Assembly (NCBI GenBank): GCA_963758525.1
Contig: CAVWVQ010000003.1
Coordinates: 3,104,001 to 3,168,000 of the forward strand
Origin: an uncultured Phycisphaerales bacterium
GTDB taxonomy: Bacteria > Planctomycetota > Phycisphaerae > Tepidisphaerales > Tepidisphaeraceae
DNA length: 64,000 nt
Direction: 5' to 3'
In this document: positions 50,902-60,665 of the stretch, piece after piece
Numbering within the stretch: position 1 is the first letter of the stretch
How the letters are laid out: every line of letters begins with the position of its first letter
Notes under the pieces: generated by a model
What the model was told of the DNA's origin: nothing
Seen by the model: the letters and a program-made list of their open reading frames with translations, nothing else
The model's database searches: none
Position numbers and translations under genes: made by a program

Positions 50902-52940
50902 CCCAAGTTACGCATCGAATCCCTTGACGATTTAAATTTCCGGGTGGCGACCGTCGCTGTGCGCCGCCGATGCGCTCGGAATGATCCGCACGTAAAATAC
51001 GTGTGTAGTGAAAAAGAGCACTGCTTGAACTCCACCGAAAACGCGGTATTTCTTGTCGCGTCGGCAAAGGAGTCGCCATGTTTCTTCGCAGGATCCGACC
51101 ACGGGGCAAGGGACGCCGCCAGGAGTACTGGGTGCTGCTGGAGAGCTGTCGCACCGCCAGGGGGTCGCGGCACCGGGTGGTTGCTTATCTCGGTAAGCTG
51201 TCGGCCAGGGAAGTCAGTGGATGGCAGAAGCTTGCCGGGCGGGTGGAGGGCAGGGCACTCCCGGGGCCGGGACTGTTTGATCCGCCGATCGACGAGAGCT
51301 TTGACGAGGTTGCCTGCGTCGAATTGAAGAACATCCGCCTGCAGAATGTTCGGGAGTTCGGGCAGGTCTATCTCGCGTGGGTATTGTGGCGGATGCTCGG
51401 GCTGGACCGGCTGCTCCGCGGCCTGATGCCGCGCGGGCTGGAAGAGGTGCCGTGGAGCGTGACGGCGTCGATCCTCTGTATCGCAAGATTCTGTTATCCC
51501 TCCAGCGAGCTGTACATCGAGCGGCACTTTTATCCCAAGTCGGCCTTGGCCGATCTGCTGGACGTGACGGCGGCGCAGGTGCAGACCGACCGGCTCTACC
51601 GGGGACTGGATCATCTGCTCAAGCAGAAGAAGGCGGTCGAGCAACACCTGCGGCAACGCATGGGACAGCTGTTCGATCTCTCGTTCGACATCCTGCTGTA
51701 CGATCTGACCAGCACATACTTCGAGGGTTCTTGTGCCGCCAATCCGATGGCCAGGCGGGGCTACTCGCGTGACAGCCGGCCCGACTGCCCGCAGGTGGTG
51801 ATCGCCCTGATCGTCACGACCGATGGGTATCCGCTGGGCTACGAGGTGTTCGACGGGAACACCGCCGATTCCACCACCGTGCAGCAGGTCGTGGAAAAGG
51901 TCGAGAGCGAGCACGGCAAATCGCAGCGGATCTGGGTGATGGACCGGGGCAACGTCTCGCAGGCCAATCTCTCGTTCATCCGCGAGCGCGGCGGCCAGTA
52001 CATCGTCGGCACGCCCAAGGCGATGCTGCGGCAGGTGCAGGGCGAACTCGGCGCAGAGGGTTGGAAGCAGGTGCGTGAGGGAATCGCGGTGAAGGTCGTG
52101 CGCTGCGAGGATTCAGACAAGGTCGATGCCAGCGAGACGCTGGTGCTCTGCCGCAGCGAAGATCGGGTGAACAAGGAATCAGCGATGCTCGACCGCTTCA
52201 TCAAACGCATGGAAGAAGCACTGACGGCGATGAGCAAGTCGGCTGCCAGCGGCCGGCTCAAGGATGCATCGGCCGCTCACGAGCGACTGGGTCGCCTGCG
52301 GGAAAAGAACTGGCGGGCGGGCGCCTGCTTCGACGTGAAGATCGCCGAGAGCGACGGCAAGCTCTCGATCACCTGGACCCGCGACGAGCAGGCGAAGCGC
52401 GACCTGTGCGGCTGCTATCTGCTCCGCACGAACATGCCGCAAGCCGACCCGGTCCAACTGTGGCAGCAGTACATTCAACTGGTTGATGCCGAGTGGGCGT
52501 TTCGAATTACCAAAGACGAATTGGAACTGCGTCCGATCTGGCATCAACACCAAGAACGCGTGCAGGCCCACATCCTGGTCTGCTTCATCGCCTACGCGAT
52601 GTGGAAGACGCTGGGCGGCTGGATGAAGGCCAGCGGCCTGGGTGATTCGCCGCGCGAACTGTTGGAAGAGATGGCCGCCGTGAAGAGCGGCGACGTGCTG
52701 CTCACGACGCGCACCGCCGACGGCTCGGCCGGACAAAGCCTGTTGATCCGATGCGTCACTCAGCCCGACGAGCACACGGCGGTGCTGCTCAACCGGCTGG
52801 GCATTGAACTGCCGAATCATCTGCGGCGTGAACGGCTTGAACTCCCGGCGTCCGTCGCCGAAGTCTGCGCGATGTAGTGAAAAAAAGTGTTCGAAAACCG
52901 CCGTCGCATTTCAAAAACGCGGTTTACTGCGTAACTTGGG
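50902..52940 (+). mobile_element. IS1634-family insertion sequence (2039 bp)
   Basis: 13-bp perfect terminal IRs CCCAAGTTACGCA / TGCGTAACTTGGG, flanked by TTAG at 50898-50901 and 52941-52944. Confidence 0.92.
51078..52877 (+). CDS. IS1634-family DDE transposase
   Basis: LYDLTSTYFEG, GYSRDSRPDCPQV, FDGNTAD, WVMDRG, AEWAFRITK, LRPIWHQ and RVQAHILVCF. Confidence 0.93.
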   Translation: MFLRRIRPRGKGRRQEYWVLLESCRTARGSRHRVVAYLGKLSAREVSGWQKLAGRVEGRALPGPGLFDPPIDESFDEVACVELKNIRLQNVREFGQVYLAWVLWRMLGLDRLLRGLMPRGLEEVPWSVTASILCIARFCYPSSELYIERHFYPKSALADLLDVTAAQVQTDRLYRGLDHLLKQKKAVEQHLRQRMGQLFDLSFDILLYDLTSTYFEGSCAANPMARRGYSRDSRPDCPQVVIALIVTTDGYPLGYEVFDGNTADSTTVQQVVEKVESEHGKSQRIWVMDRGNVSQANLSFIRERGGQYIVGTPKAMLRQVQGELGAEGWKQVREGIAVKVVRCEDSDKVDASETLVLCRSEDRVNKESAMLDRFIKRMEEALTAMSKSAASGRLKDASAAHERLGRLREKNWRAGACFDVKIAESDGKLSITWTRDEQAKRDLCGCYLLRTNMPQADPVQLWQQYIQLVDAEWAFRITKDELELRPIWHQHQERVQAHILVCFIAYAMWKTLGGWMKASGLGDSPRELLEEMAAVKSGDVLLTTRTADGSAGQSLLIRCVTQPDEHTAVLLNRLGIELPNHLRRERLELPASVAEVCAM

Positions 52941-53304
52941 TTAGCGTCATCGGCGCCTACGTCTATTTTCCCAGGCGAGAATTTTGCCTGGAGCGGATGG
53001 GTTATCTGGCGGCAGACGCAAGAGATTTCGCCCGGCAGGGGGAGGCGGATGAATCGATTAAATGCCTGGAACAGTGGGATCTGGTGGCGCGGCAACTGCA
53101 GGTGGGGGTGTACATCCGCGAGTTTGGGGTCACTGCCGAGCAGGCAAAGCGCGTGGACGACCTGCGCGAGGCGATCGAGGCGGTGCGCGACGACCTGCGG
53201 GCAAGAAAAATAGACGAAGCCAATCGAAGGCTCAATGACGTCATTTTTTTTGGGGAATACAAGGCGTGCAAGGAGTGCTACGCGCAAAAAGCGGGGAAAC
53301 GAAT

Positions 53305-54498
53305 ATGAAGGAAGCAACGAATATAAAGCGAGCACGGCCGGATGGGGCGCGACAGGTTGAAGACGCATCAGCGACCGTGTCGTGGCCGACATCCGCCTGG
53401 TCGATGGCTCGACGCGTTCGCAAGGCGTTGCGAACTCCGTTGGCGGTGCTCATCGCCGCCGGATTCGTGGCAGTGTCGTTCGGGGCCGTCGTGCGACCGG
53501 AAGGGTACGCGGTGGCGGGCGTGATTCTTGCCGCCGTCGTCATTGGTATTGTCGTCCCCGGCCTGACAGTGCGACAGTTGGATGCGACACTGTCTTTTAC
53601 AGTTGAACGGGGCCGGGAAGGGCAGAGAACCGTCGTTCATCTTCATCTGCGCAATCGCGGAATCCTGCCCGCGGCGGGATTGTCACTGGAGGGATTGGAC
53701 TGCTCGCCCGACCGGGCGACGATCCTCTTCGTTGGTCCGTTCGGCAGGAAGTCATATTCCCTGGAATTCATTCCGCCCTGTCGGGGCGTCTACCCAATTG
53801 AGCCGGTCGCGCTGGTCTGTGGAGCGCCGCTGGGGCTGTGGTTCGCACGCAAGACTGTGACGGTTGATCGGAAGGTTCTCGCCTGGCCGGCGCCGACCGC
53901 GGTGGATTCGCGGCTGGCGCGGGATTTGCGCGAGGCAACGTCGCGGAAAGCGTGGATTGCGAGCGACGAAATCGACGGTCTGCGTCCCTATCGGCGCGGC
54001 GACGAATTGCGGATGCTTCATCACCCGCAGTCAGCCCGTCACGATCAGCTCATTGTGAGAGAGAGGGAACGGATCGGTCGTCCGGAGGTGTGCATTGTGC
54101 TGGATACCTGCCTCGACTCTTACCGCGGCAGCGACGCTGGTCCAGGCGGGAACCGCGAAGCTGCCATCCGCGCCGCTGCGGGACTGTGCGATCATTTACT
54201 GCTGGAGCACCCCGCGGTTCGAGTGGTGATCGAAGGGCGGGCGTTCCCGGTCGCGGCGCGCAGTCGGCAACAGATGATGGATGCGCTGGCACGGATATCA
54301 GAAGACCAAAGTCCCGCAATCGATGATGCGCTCATGTCAAATGCGTGCCGCCTAGCGACGCAGTTGATTGTCATCACGCCGCGACCGTTTTCGCGGCGGG
54401 GGCGTATGGCGGCATCAGCGATTCATTTAGTTCCATCGGCACACGCCATCGAGCATCGGGCTCACGAGCGCCGAGGCACCGCCTTGCGAGCATCATGA
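53305..54498 (+). CDS. DUF58 domain protein with two N-terminal TM helices
   Basis: RGVY, PLGL, GLRPYRRGDELRMLH, SAR, LIVRERE and IVLD. ATGA overlap with the permease stop. Confidence 0.85.
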   Translation: MKEATNIKRARPDGARQVEDASATVSWPTSAWSMARRVRKALRTPLAVLIAAGFVAVSFGAVVRPEGYAVAGVILAAVVIGIVVPGLTVRQLDATLSFTVERGREGQRTVVHLHLRNRGILPAAGLSLEGLDCSPDRATILFVGPFGRKSYSLEFIPPCRGVYPIEPVALVCGAPLGLWFARKTVTVDRKVLAWPAPTAVDSRLARDLREATSRKAWIASDEIDGLRPYRRGDELRMLHHPQSARHDQLIVRERERIGRPEVCIVLDTCLDSYRGSDAGPGGNREAAIRAAAGLCDHLLLEHPAVRVVIEGRAFPVAARSRQQMMDALARISEDQSPAIDDALMSNACRLATQLIVITPRPFSRRGRMAASAIHLVPSAHAIEHRAHERRGTALRAS

Positions 54499-56813
54499 AA
54501 GCCGCGATCGGGGACATTCCGTCAGAACTGCCCGACTCGGGCGGTTCGTCGAGCCTGCAGGAGTTGGTGACCTGGGGTCTTGCACTGGTCGCAACGGCGG
54601 CGGTCGCATCCGCGGTGGGGAGTGGTTCTGCAATCGAATGGCCATTGGTCATCGCCCTCGCTCTGCTCATCCGGCTGATCCTCCGGGCGAGGGGCACCTT
54701 GACTTCGTCACGACTCATGATCCCGATCATTCTCATTACCTTTGCATGGCCGTTGTTGAGTGTCTGGTCAAACAGTCGTGTGGCGCGGCCGCTGGATGAT
54801 GGCTTGTTGATTGCATGCTTTCGTGTGCTGTGGATGCAGGCAGCGGTCGCGGCCGGCCGACGGGAACGCGCGCTGGTTGCGGTCACTGCGCTATTTCTGA
54901 CTGTCGCTTCGACCACGCGTGTCGAGACAAGATTCCTCGCGCCAATCATCGCCGCTTTTGCGTTGCTGGGATGTGCATGGCTGGGAGCGACGCACGCTGC
55001 ATCCCACGCGCGAGCGGGTCGCCCGTTGCGGCGCACGCCGATCTCAGCCGTGTTTACCGCGGGCGTATGTTGTCTGATCGGCCTGTATCCTGTGTTTCGT
55101 GACAGAATGACCGCGCTGCGGGGCTGGCTCCCCTCTTCCGGCGGCGCAGAGCGCGCATCTGACCTGGCTGCTTCGGGGATAGGAGACGGGCCGGATCAGG
55201 TGGCGGGATCGACCAACGCCCAATCGGTCGGTTTTGACCAATGCGATGTCTTTATGTATTCGCAACACGGCGGGTTGTATGACGCATTTCTGGAGGTCTA
55301 TGGGGAGCCGGTCAAGAAAGGTGAGTCGGCGAAGATGCAGATGCTTCGCATCGAGGAGTTTGGCCACGCAAGGTCAACCGGGATCGAAGACTATCGGATC
55401 GGACGCGAATTTTCATTACAGCGTCAGCCGCCGCCGCGCGGGCGCGATGCGCTGCCCGACAGCCACAATTCGCAGGCGATGCTCGTCGTAGATGGCTCGC
55501 TCCCCCAGCACATCCGCACGGTGGCTTATGACACATTCGATGGAACGCGATGGACCGCATCGTCGGATGGATGGCCCGGCTGGACGCTCCAGCAAACCGA
55601 ATCGCCCAACTGGTTCAAGCCGCGGCCGGATTCCTACAGCGACCGTTATGGTGCTCCTCCTTTCTCCGGAGAACATGTCGTTACCGTACGCGTCGGCACG
55701 CTTCAGTCGCAAACGCTGCCGATTCCTACTGGATTTGATCGGTTGCACATTGGGCGGGTCACGCGATTGTCTCTGTTTGATTTCAAGCACCCCGATCTCC
55801 TTGAGATGACCGATCGGATCGTGCCCGTGGGTACCGTCATCGATTCCGTTTGCGGGGACTTCGATGCGAAGAAGCTGACGGTGTGGTCGTGGGGAGCCGC
55901 TCAACCGACACGATCGGACGCGTATGCATCAGCGCAATCGGTCCAGCGCCTGGCGCGGAGTTGGACGCACGGACTTGAATTCGGTTGGCCGCAAATCGCT
56001 GCAATCATCGGCCATCTCCAATCGGAATATGAGCTGACCGAAGCGAAGGAGATCCCCACCGCGGGGCAAGCAGATCCGCTGGCAGTCTTTCTCACTCAGT
56101 CGCACCGGGGGCCCGATTACCTCTTCGCATCAGCAACCGCCGCGATGCTGCAGAGCCTCGGATATTCCGCTCGCGTCGCCGGCGGCTTCTACGCCGGCCC
56201 GGGCGATTATGATGCGACGATTAAGCAAACGCCGCTCAATGCGCGACAGATGCATATGTGGGCCGAAGTTGCAGCGGGGGGGCGGTGGCTGGTGGTAGAA
56301 AGCTGTCCTGGATATTTCATCGCCGGCTCGCGGCCTTCGGTGTTGGGGGGATTTGGCAGGAACGTCTGGGCCATCGTGCGAGCCCATTGGCTGGCATCCG
56401 GACTGATCGTTCTGGCACTGATCCGTTGCTTTCAAAAGCGCGTTCTTCTGTATGACACCATCATCACCCTGAGCACGCGCTTGCGTCCCGCGCGAGACTG
56501 GTCTGCCAGGGTGATTCGCACCACTGAGCTCATCGAGCGACGAGCGCACCTGGCCGGAATCCCCAGGCACCCCGCGATGACCCGATCCCGATGGTTGTGC
56601 GCTGCAAATCTGGCGTGCGACGCCAGGCATCGTGGCGCGCTGATACGACTTGCCGCCGCTGTCGAATGGTCCGCGTTCGCCTCGAAAGATCCGTCTGCCT
56701 CGATGGCCGGCGACATCGACGAAGCGTGCGGTGAACTCGAGCGTCACGTCACCGCAGATCAGATGGAGAAGATTCAACGAGCCGCGGGGTTCAGGAGATC
56801 GGAAAGCAAATGA
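54495..56813 (+). CDS. Membrane-bound transglutaminase-like (TgpA-like) protein lacking the canonical Cys
   Basis: About 6 N-terminal TMs, RTVAYDTFDGTRW, FL...RGPDYLFASA...LGYSARVAGGF and HMWAEV. Confidence 0.8.
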   Translation: MKAAIGDIPSELPDSGGSSSLQELVTWGLALVATAAVASAVGSGSAIEWPLVIALALLIRLILRARGTLTSSRLMIPIILITFAWPLLSVWSNSRVARPLDDGLLIACFRVLWMQAAVAAGRRERALVAVTALFLTVASTTRVETRFLAPIIAAFALLGCAWLGATHAASHARAGRPLRRTPISAVFTAGVCCLIGLYPVFRDRMTALRGWLPSSGGAERASDLAASGIGDGPDQVAGSTNAQSVGFDQCDVFMYSQHGGLYDAFLEVYGEPVKKGESAKMQMLRIEEFGHARSTGIEDYRIGREFSLQRQPPPRGRDALPDSHNSQAMLVVDGSLPQHIRTVAYDTFDGTRWTASSDGWPGWTLQQTESPNWFKPRPDSYSDRYGAPPFSGEHVVTVRVGTLQSQTLPIPTGFDRLHIGRVTRLSLFDFKHPDLLEMTDRIVPVGTVIDSVCGDFDAKKLTVWSWGAAQPTRSDAYASAQSVQRLARSWTHGLEFGWPQIAAIIGHLQSEYELTEAKEIPTAGQADPLAVFLTQSHRGPDYLFASATAAMLQSLGYSARVAGGFYAGPGDYDATIKQTPLNARQMHMWAEVAAGGRWLVVESCPGYFIAGSRPSVLGGFGRNVWAIVRAHWLASGLIVLALIRCFQKRVLLYDTIITLSTRLRPARDWSARVIRTTELIERRAHLAGIPRHPAMTRSRWLCAANLACDARHRGALIRLAAAVEWSAFASKDPSASMAGDIDEACGELERHVTADQMEKIQRAAGFRRSESK

Positions 56814-57779
56814 CTCAAACGGCCACGAGTTTTCCGGCGCAGCATGCCGGTCCGAATATGCCCGCAGATCCGTTTCACACGGTCGACCTGATTCGTCAGC
56901 GGCTGAACCGCACGCTTCTGGGGAAGGAGGACGTGGTGGAGATGGTGCTGGCGTGCGTGCTGGCGCGAGGTCATCTGTTGCTGGAGGATGTGCCGGGGTT
57001 GGGGAAGACGACTCTTGCCAAGACGTTGGCGCGAACGGTTGGCGGGCGCTTTGCGCGGGTGCAGTGCACGCCCGACCTGTTGCCCGGCGACATCACCGGA
57101 TTTAACGTTTTTAACCAGAAAACGCGGGAGTTCGATTTTCTGCCGGGGCCGGTGTTCGCTGACGTATTGCTGATTGACGAGGTCAATCGGGCAACCCCCC
57201 GAACTCAAAGCGCACTGCTGGAGGCGATGGCGGAAAGGCAGATCACGGTGGATGGCGTGCCCCATGCACTGTGTTCGACCTTTTTTGTCATCGCCACTCA
57301 GAATCCAATTGAACATCACGGAACTTACGAGCTTCCCGAAGCTCAGTTGGATCGGTTCGCGATGAAGCTGTCGATAGGCTACCCGTCGGCCTCCCATGAG
57401 CTGGCCATGTTGGAGTCGGCAATCGGGCACTGCTGCGATGACGGCGCTGCCGAAGAGGCGGTGGTCAATGGAGGCGAGCTTCATCGCCTCCAGGAGCTGG
57501 TCGTTCGCACGACGGTCCAAAAGAGCGTCCGGGCATACCTGGTGTCGCTGGCCGGTCTCACGCGGATGCATCCGGAAGTCGAGTTGGGCGTCAGCCCGCG
57601 CGGGCTGATGACCTGGCAGCGTGTCGCCCAGGCCCGCGCTTCTGCGCGGCCGGTCATTTGTAACGCCCGATGACGTGCAGGACGTGGCGCCGATGGTGCT
57701 GGGCGTTCGGCTCTGTGTGAGGAGTGGATCGACCGGGGAATTGATCGAGCGTTTGCTCAGTGAGGTCGCGGTTCCATGA
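56810..57779 (+). CDS. MoxR-family AAA+ ATPase (frameshift near 57640)
   Basis: HLLLEDVPGLGKT, RVQCTPDLLPGD, DEVNRATPRTQSALLEAM, ATQNP, LPEAQLDRF, SPRG, then VTPDDV...VAVP* in the shifted frame. Confidence 0.93.
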
Positions 57780-57846
57780 ACATCAGGGGAGGGAGAAGAC
57801 CCCCGCGTAAAGTCTCACGCCCCCCAAGGCTGGCGTGATTTCTACC

Positions 57847-57880
57847 TGCAATTGACTTTCATCTGCGCCCCGCGCATTCT
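57847..57880 (+). promoter_or_regulatory. Degenerate TGCAA-N5-TTTCA operator over a sigma-70 promoter (probably leaderless transcript)
   Basis: TGCAATTGACTTTCA at 57847-57861, TTGACT-17 nt-CATTCT, with ATG 8 nt after the -10. Confidence 0.55.
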
Positions 57881-57888
57881 AGTGCGAA

Positions 57889-58239
57889 ATGTTCCGCCGC
57901 TGTGTTTCCCTTACCTTGCTGCTTTGCTTCCTTGCAATGGGAAGTGGCTTTGCGCTGTACCTGCACGAGCAGGCGCATGCGCGCGAGGACGCCGCCATTG
58001 CTGCCGCCGCCAAGGCGGCGGGGCTGCCGCCGCCGGAACCGTGCGATCACGACGACAACAACTGCCCGATTCACGCCCAGCTTCACATGCTGATGGTGAG
58101 CGGCACCGTCCTTCCGATTCTTCTTCTGCTGGGGCTCGCGGCTGCATTTCTCACCGAACTGCCGCCGCAGGCTCCTACGAGTCACGTTCCGCTGGTGGCT
58201 GACTGCCGCGGGCCGCCTTACGTGACTCTCCCCCACTAA
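57889..58239 (+). CDS. DUF2946-like His-rich leader protein with C-terminal RGPP
   Basis: N-terminal hydrophobic helix, LHEQAH, CDHDDNNCPIHAQLH, hydrophobic/Pro-rich spacer and DCRGPP. Directly upstream of a TBDR. Confidence 0.78.
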   Translation: MFRRCVSLTLLLCFLAMGSGFALYLHEQAHAREDAAIAAAAKAAGLPPPEPCDHDDNNCPIHAQLHMLMVSGTVLPILLLLGLAAAFLTELPPQAPTSHVPLVADCRGPPYVTLPH

Positions 58240-58434
58240 ATGAACGTGCGCGAGTACGCGCCAGTGCGGATCGCTCTCTGCCTTTGAGGCAGCTGCAAAC
58301 GAACATCCGCAGCACGTGATTGCTCACGTCGTTTAGTTGTAATTTCTTGGAAAGACATTTCCCCACTTTGTTTTGTCGTCCGGGACGGCCAGCCGTCAAA
58401 TTCGGCGCCGCCCGGGCACGAATGGAGACCGGTC

Positions 58435-60653
58435 ATGCGGGAAGAGAATCGATTGCGATCGCGCCGTTGTGCGCGAATGGGCTTTATGTTTATTTTTGTG
58501 ACATCCTGGGCGATGGGGCAAACGGGAACGGCCGAGGCGCCGTCCGCGCCGCCGACGCCGACAATCAGTCCTTCTACTCAGCCGTCCGTCTCCGCGGCGC
58601 AGCAGAGCGCCGCGAGCGGCGAAGGAACTGCACCGCGCCAGCTTGGCAAGGTGGTGGTCACATCTGATCTGGATATCGCACGCGAGCAGATCGCTCCGAG
58701 CCTCGGAGCGACGACCTACAACATCACTCCCGCGCAGATTCAGTCCATCCCCGGCGGCGAGAATGCCTCTTTCAAAGAGGTGCTGTTGCGAGCGCCGGGA
58801 GTCGTGGAGGATTCCTTCGGGCAGGAACACGTTCGCGGTGAGCACGCGAATCTGACCTATCGAGTCAATGGGGTGCTGCTTCCCGAGCCGGTCAGCGGAT
58901 TCGGGCAGGAGCTCGACACTCGTCTCATCGACAACCTGACGCTTATCACCGGCGCTCTCCCTGCCCAATTCGGATTTCACACCGCTGGCATCGTGGATGT
59001 CACCACCAAGTCTGGCGACACGCTGAATCACAATGAACTGTCACTCTATGGCGGGAGCAATGACACGATTCAGCCCTCGCTGCAGGTTGGAGGGACCTCG
59101 GGAAGACTCGATTACTTCATCACCACTTCCTACAACCACAATGGAATCGGCATCGAAAACCCGACGGGCACGCATCATCCGAGCCACGACTACACGGATC
59201 AGGAACGCGGCTTCGGTTACTTCTCCTACCGCATCGACGATACAAGCCGGGTGAGTCTGCTGGCCAACGCCTCCTACGCTGATTTTCAGATTCCCACCAG
59301 TGCGGGCGTGGCGCCTGCTTTCAACTTGAACGGCGTTACAACCGCCAATTCCTCGAAGGTAGATGAAAACCAGAATGAGCAGGAATACTACACCGTTGTC
59401 TCATATCAAAAGACCACCGGTGAGGCGTCGCTCCAATTGTCGGCCTTCAGCCGTTATGGACAAATCACGTTCAGCCCGGATCCCACGCGCGACCTTATTT
59501 TTCAAGGCGTCTCCAGCGCGGTCTATAACAATTTCGCAACAACCGGCCTGCAGTTTGACGGCTCGTATATCGTCAATGATCAGCATACGCTGCGAACCGG
59601 ATTCATCACCGACTTCACTGAGGAAAGACTCGACTCGGTAACCGGGGTGTTTCAAGTTGACAACGCCGGCGCGCAGGCGTCGATCGCGCCAACCGATATC
59701 TACGAAAATACGTCAAACCGCGCTTGGGAGTCGGGCATCTACTTGCAGGACGAATGGCGCCTTACGCAAAAACTGACCTTGAATTATGGGCTGCGGTACG
59801 ACCGCTTTGATTCGAATTTTGACACCGAAGACCAGGTCAGCCCGCGCGCGAACCTTGTGTATAAGATTGATGACGCGACGACAGCGCATATCGGCTACTC
59901 GCGTTATTTTGTTCCGCCGCCGATCCAGAATGTTGATATCGCTTCAGTTCAGCGCTTTAACGGAACCACCAACGCGGCGGGCGTCCAGCTCGCCGACCCG
60001 CCCAAGGTCGAGCGGTCCAACTACTTCGATGCTGGAATCTCGCATCAATTCACGCCGGCTTTCCAGATGACGCTCGATGGATTTTACAAGCAGTCGCACA
60101 ACCTGGTGGACCTCGGCCAGTTTGGAGCCGCGATCATCGAAACCCCATTCAACTACCGCACCGGAAAAGTCTATGGCGGCGAGTTGAGCGGCACCTATCG
60201 GCAGGGGGGCTTTTCAGCCTTCGCCAATTTCTCATACGTGGAGACCGCGGCGCACAATATTGATTCGCAGGAATTTCAGATCGATCCGGACGAGTTTGCT
60301 TATATCAAGACGCACGATATTCACCTCGACCATGAAGCCGAATTGTCCGGGGCGTTCGGGGTGGCGTACCAATGGAAGAACGATCGGGTGTATCTGGACT
60401 TGCTGGCTGCAAGCGGCCTGCGCAGCGGTTTTGCCAACACCGAAAGTCTCGGCTCCCACTATCCGGTCAACGTGGGGTACGAGCACATCTTTCGTCCGAA
60501 CGGTCCCAACGGCAACCCGTTGAGGTTCCGTTGCGACATCGTCAACATCTTCGACGAAAAGTACGAATTGCGCGACGGCAGCGGGATCGGTGTCGGCGCC
60601 CCCAATACGGCCCGCGAATCGGCTTTTTCGCCGGGGTGGCTTATGAATTCTGA
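58435..60653 (+). CDS. TonB-dependent receptor (frameshift near 60600; true C-terminus ...GVAYEF)
   Basis: Signal peptide, KVVVT TonB box, APGV and HVRG plug motifs, YLQDEW, NYGLRYD, SPR, NIFD and a terminal Phe in the shifted frame. Confidence 0.93.
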
Positions 60654-60665
60654 TGGAGGTGCATA

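Larger units (their letters stand above)
49680..53308 (+). pseudogene. Predicted permease (DUF318-like) interrupted by an IS (also a homopolymer frameshift near 50222)
   Basis: LLPVCSLGVIP, GPLLNP and DHTHSFD. Removing 50902-52944 restores VAF-SVIGAYVYFP in frame, continuing to TGA at 53308. Confidence 0.85.

Noticed and set aside
52877..53308. Independent 143-aa gene after the transposase
   Set aside because: It is the 3' part of the IS-interrupted permease fused to IS-end sequence.
2869..60653. Mass pseudogenisation or programmed frameshifting in about 15 split genes
   Set aside because: Each gene has one or two 1-2 nt slips at homopolymer or dinucleotide runs with all motifs intact and no in-frame stops. 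Sequencing error is the simplest explanation.
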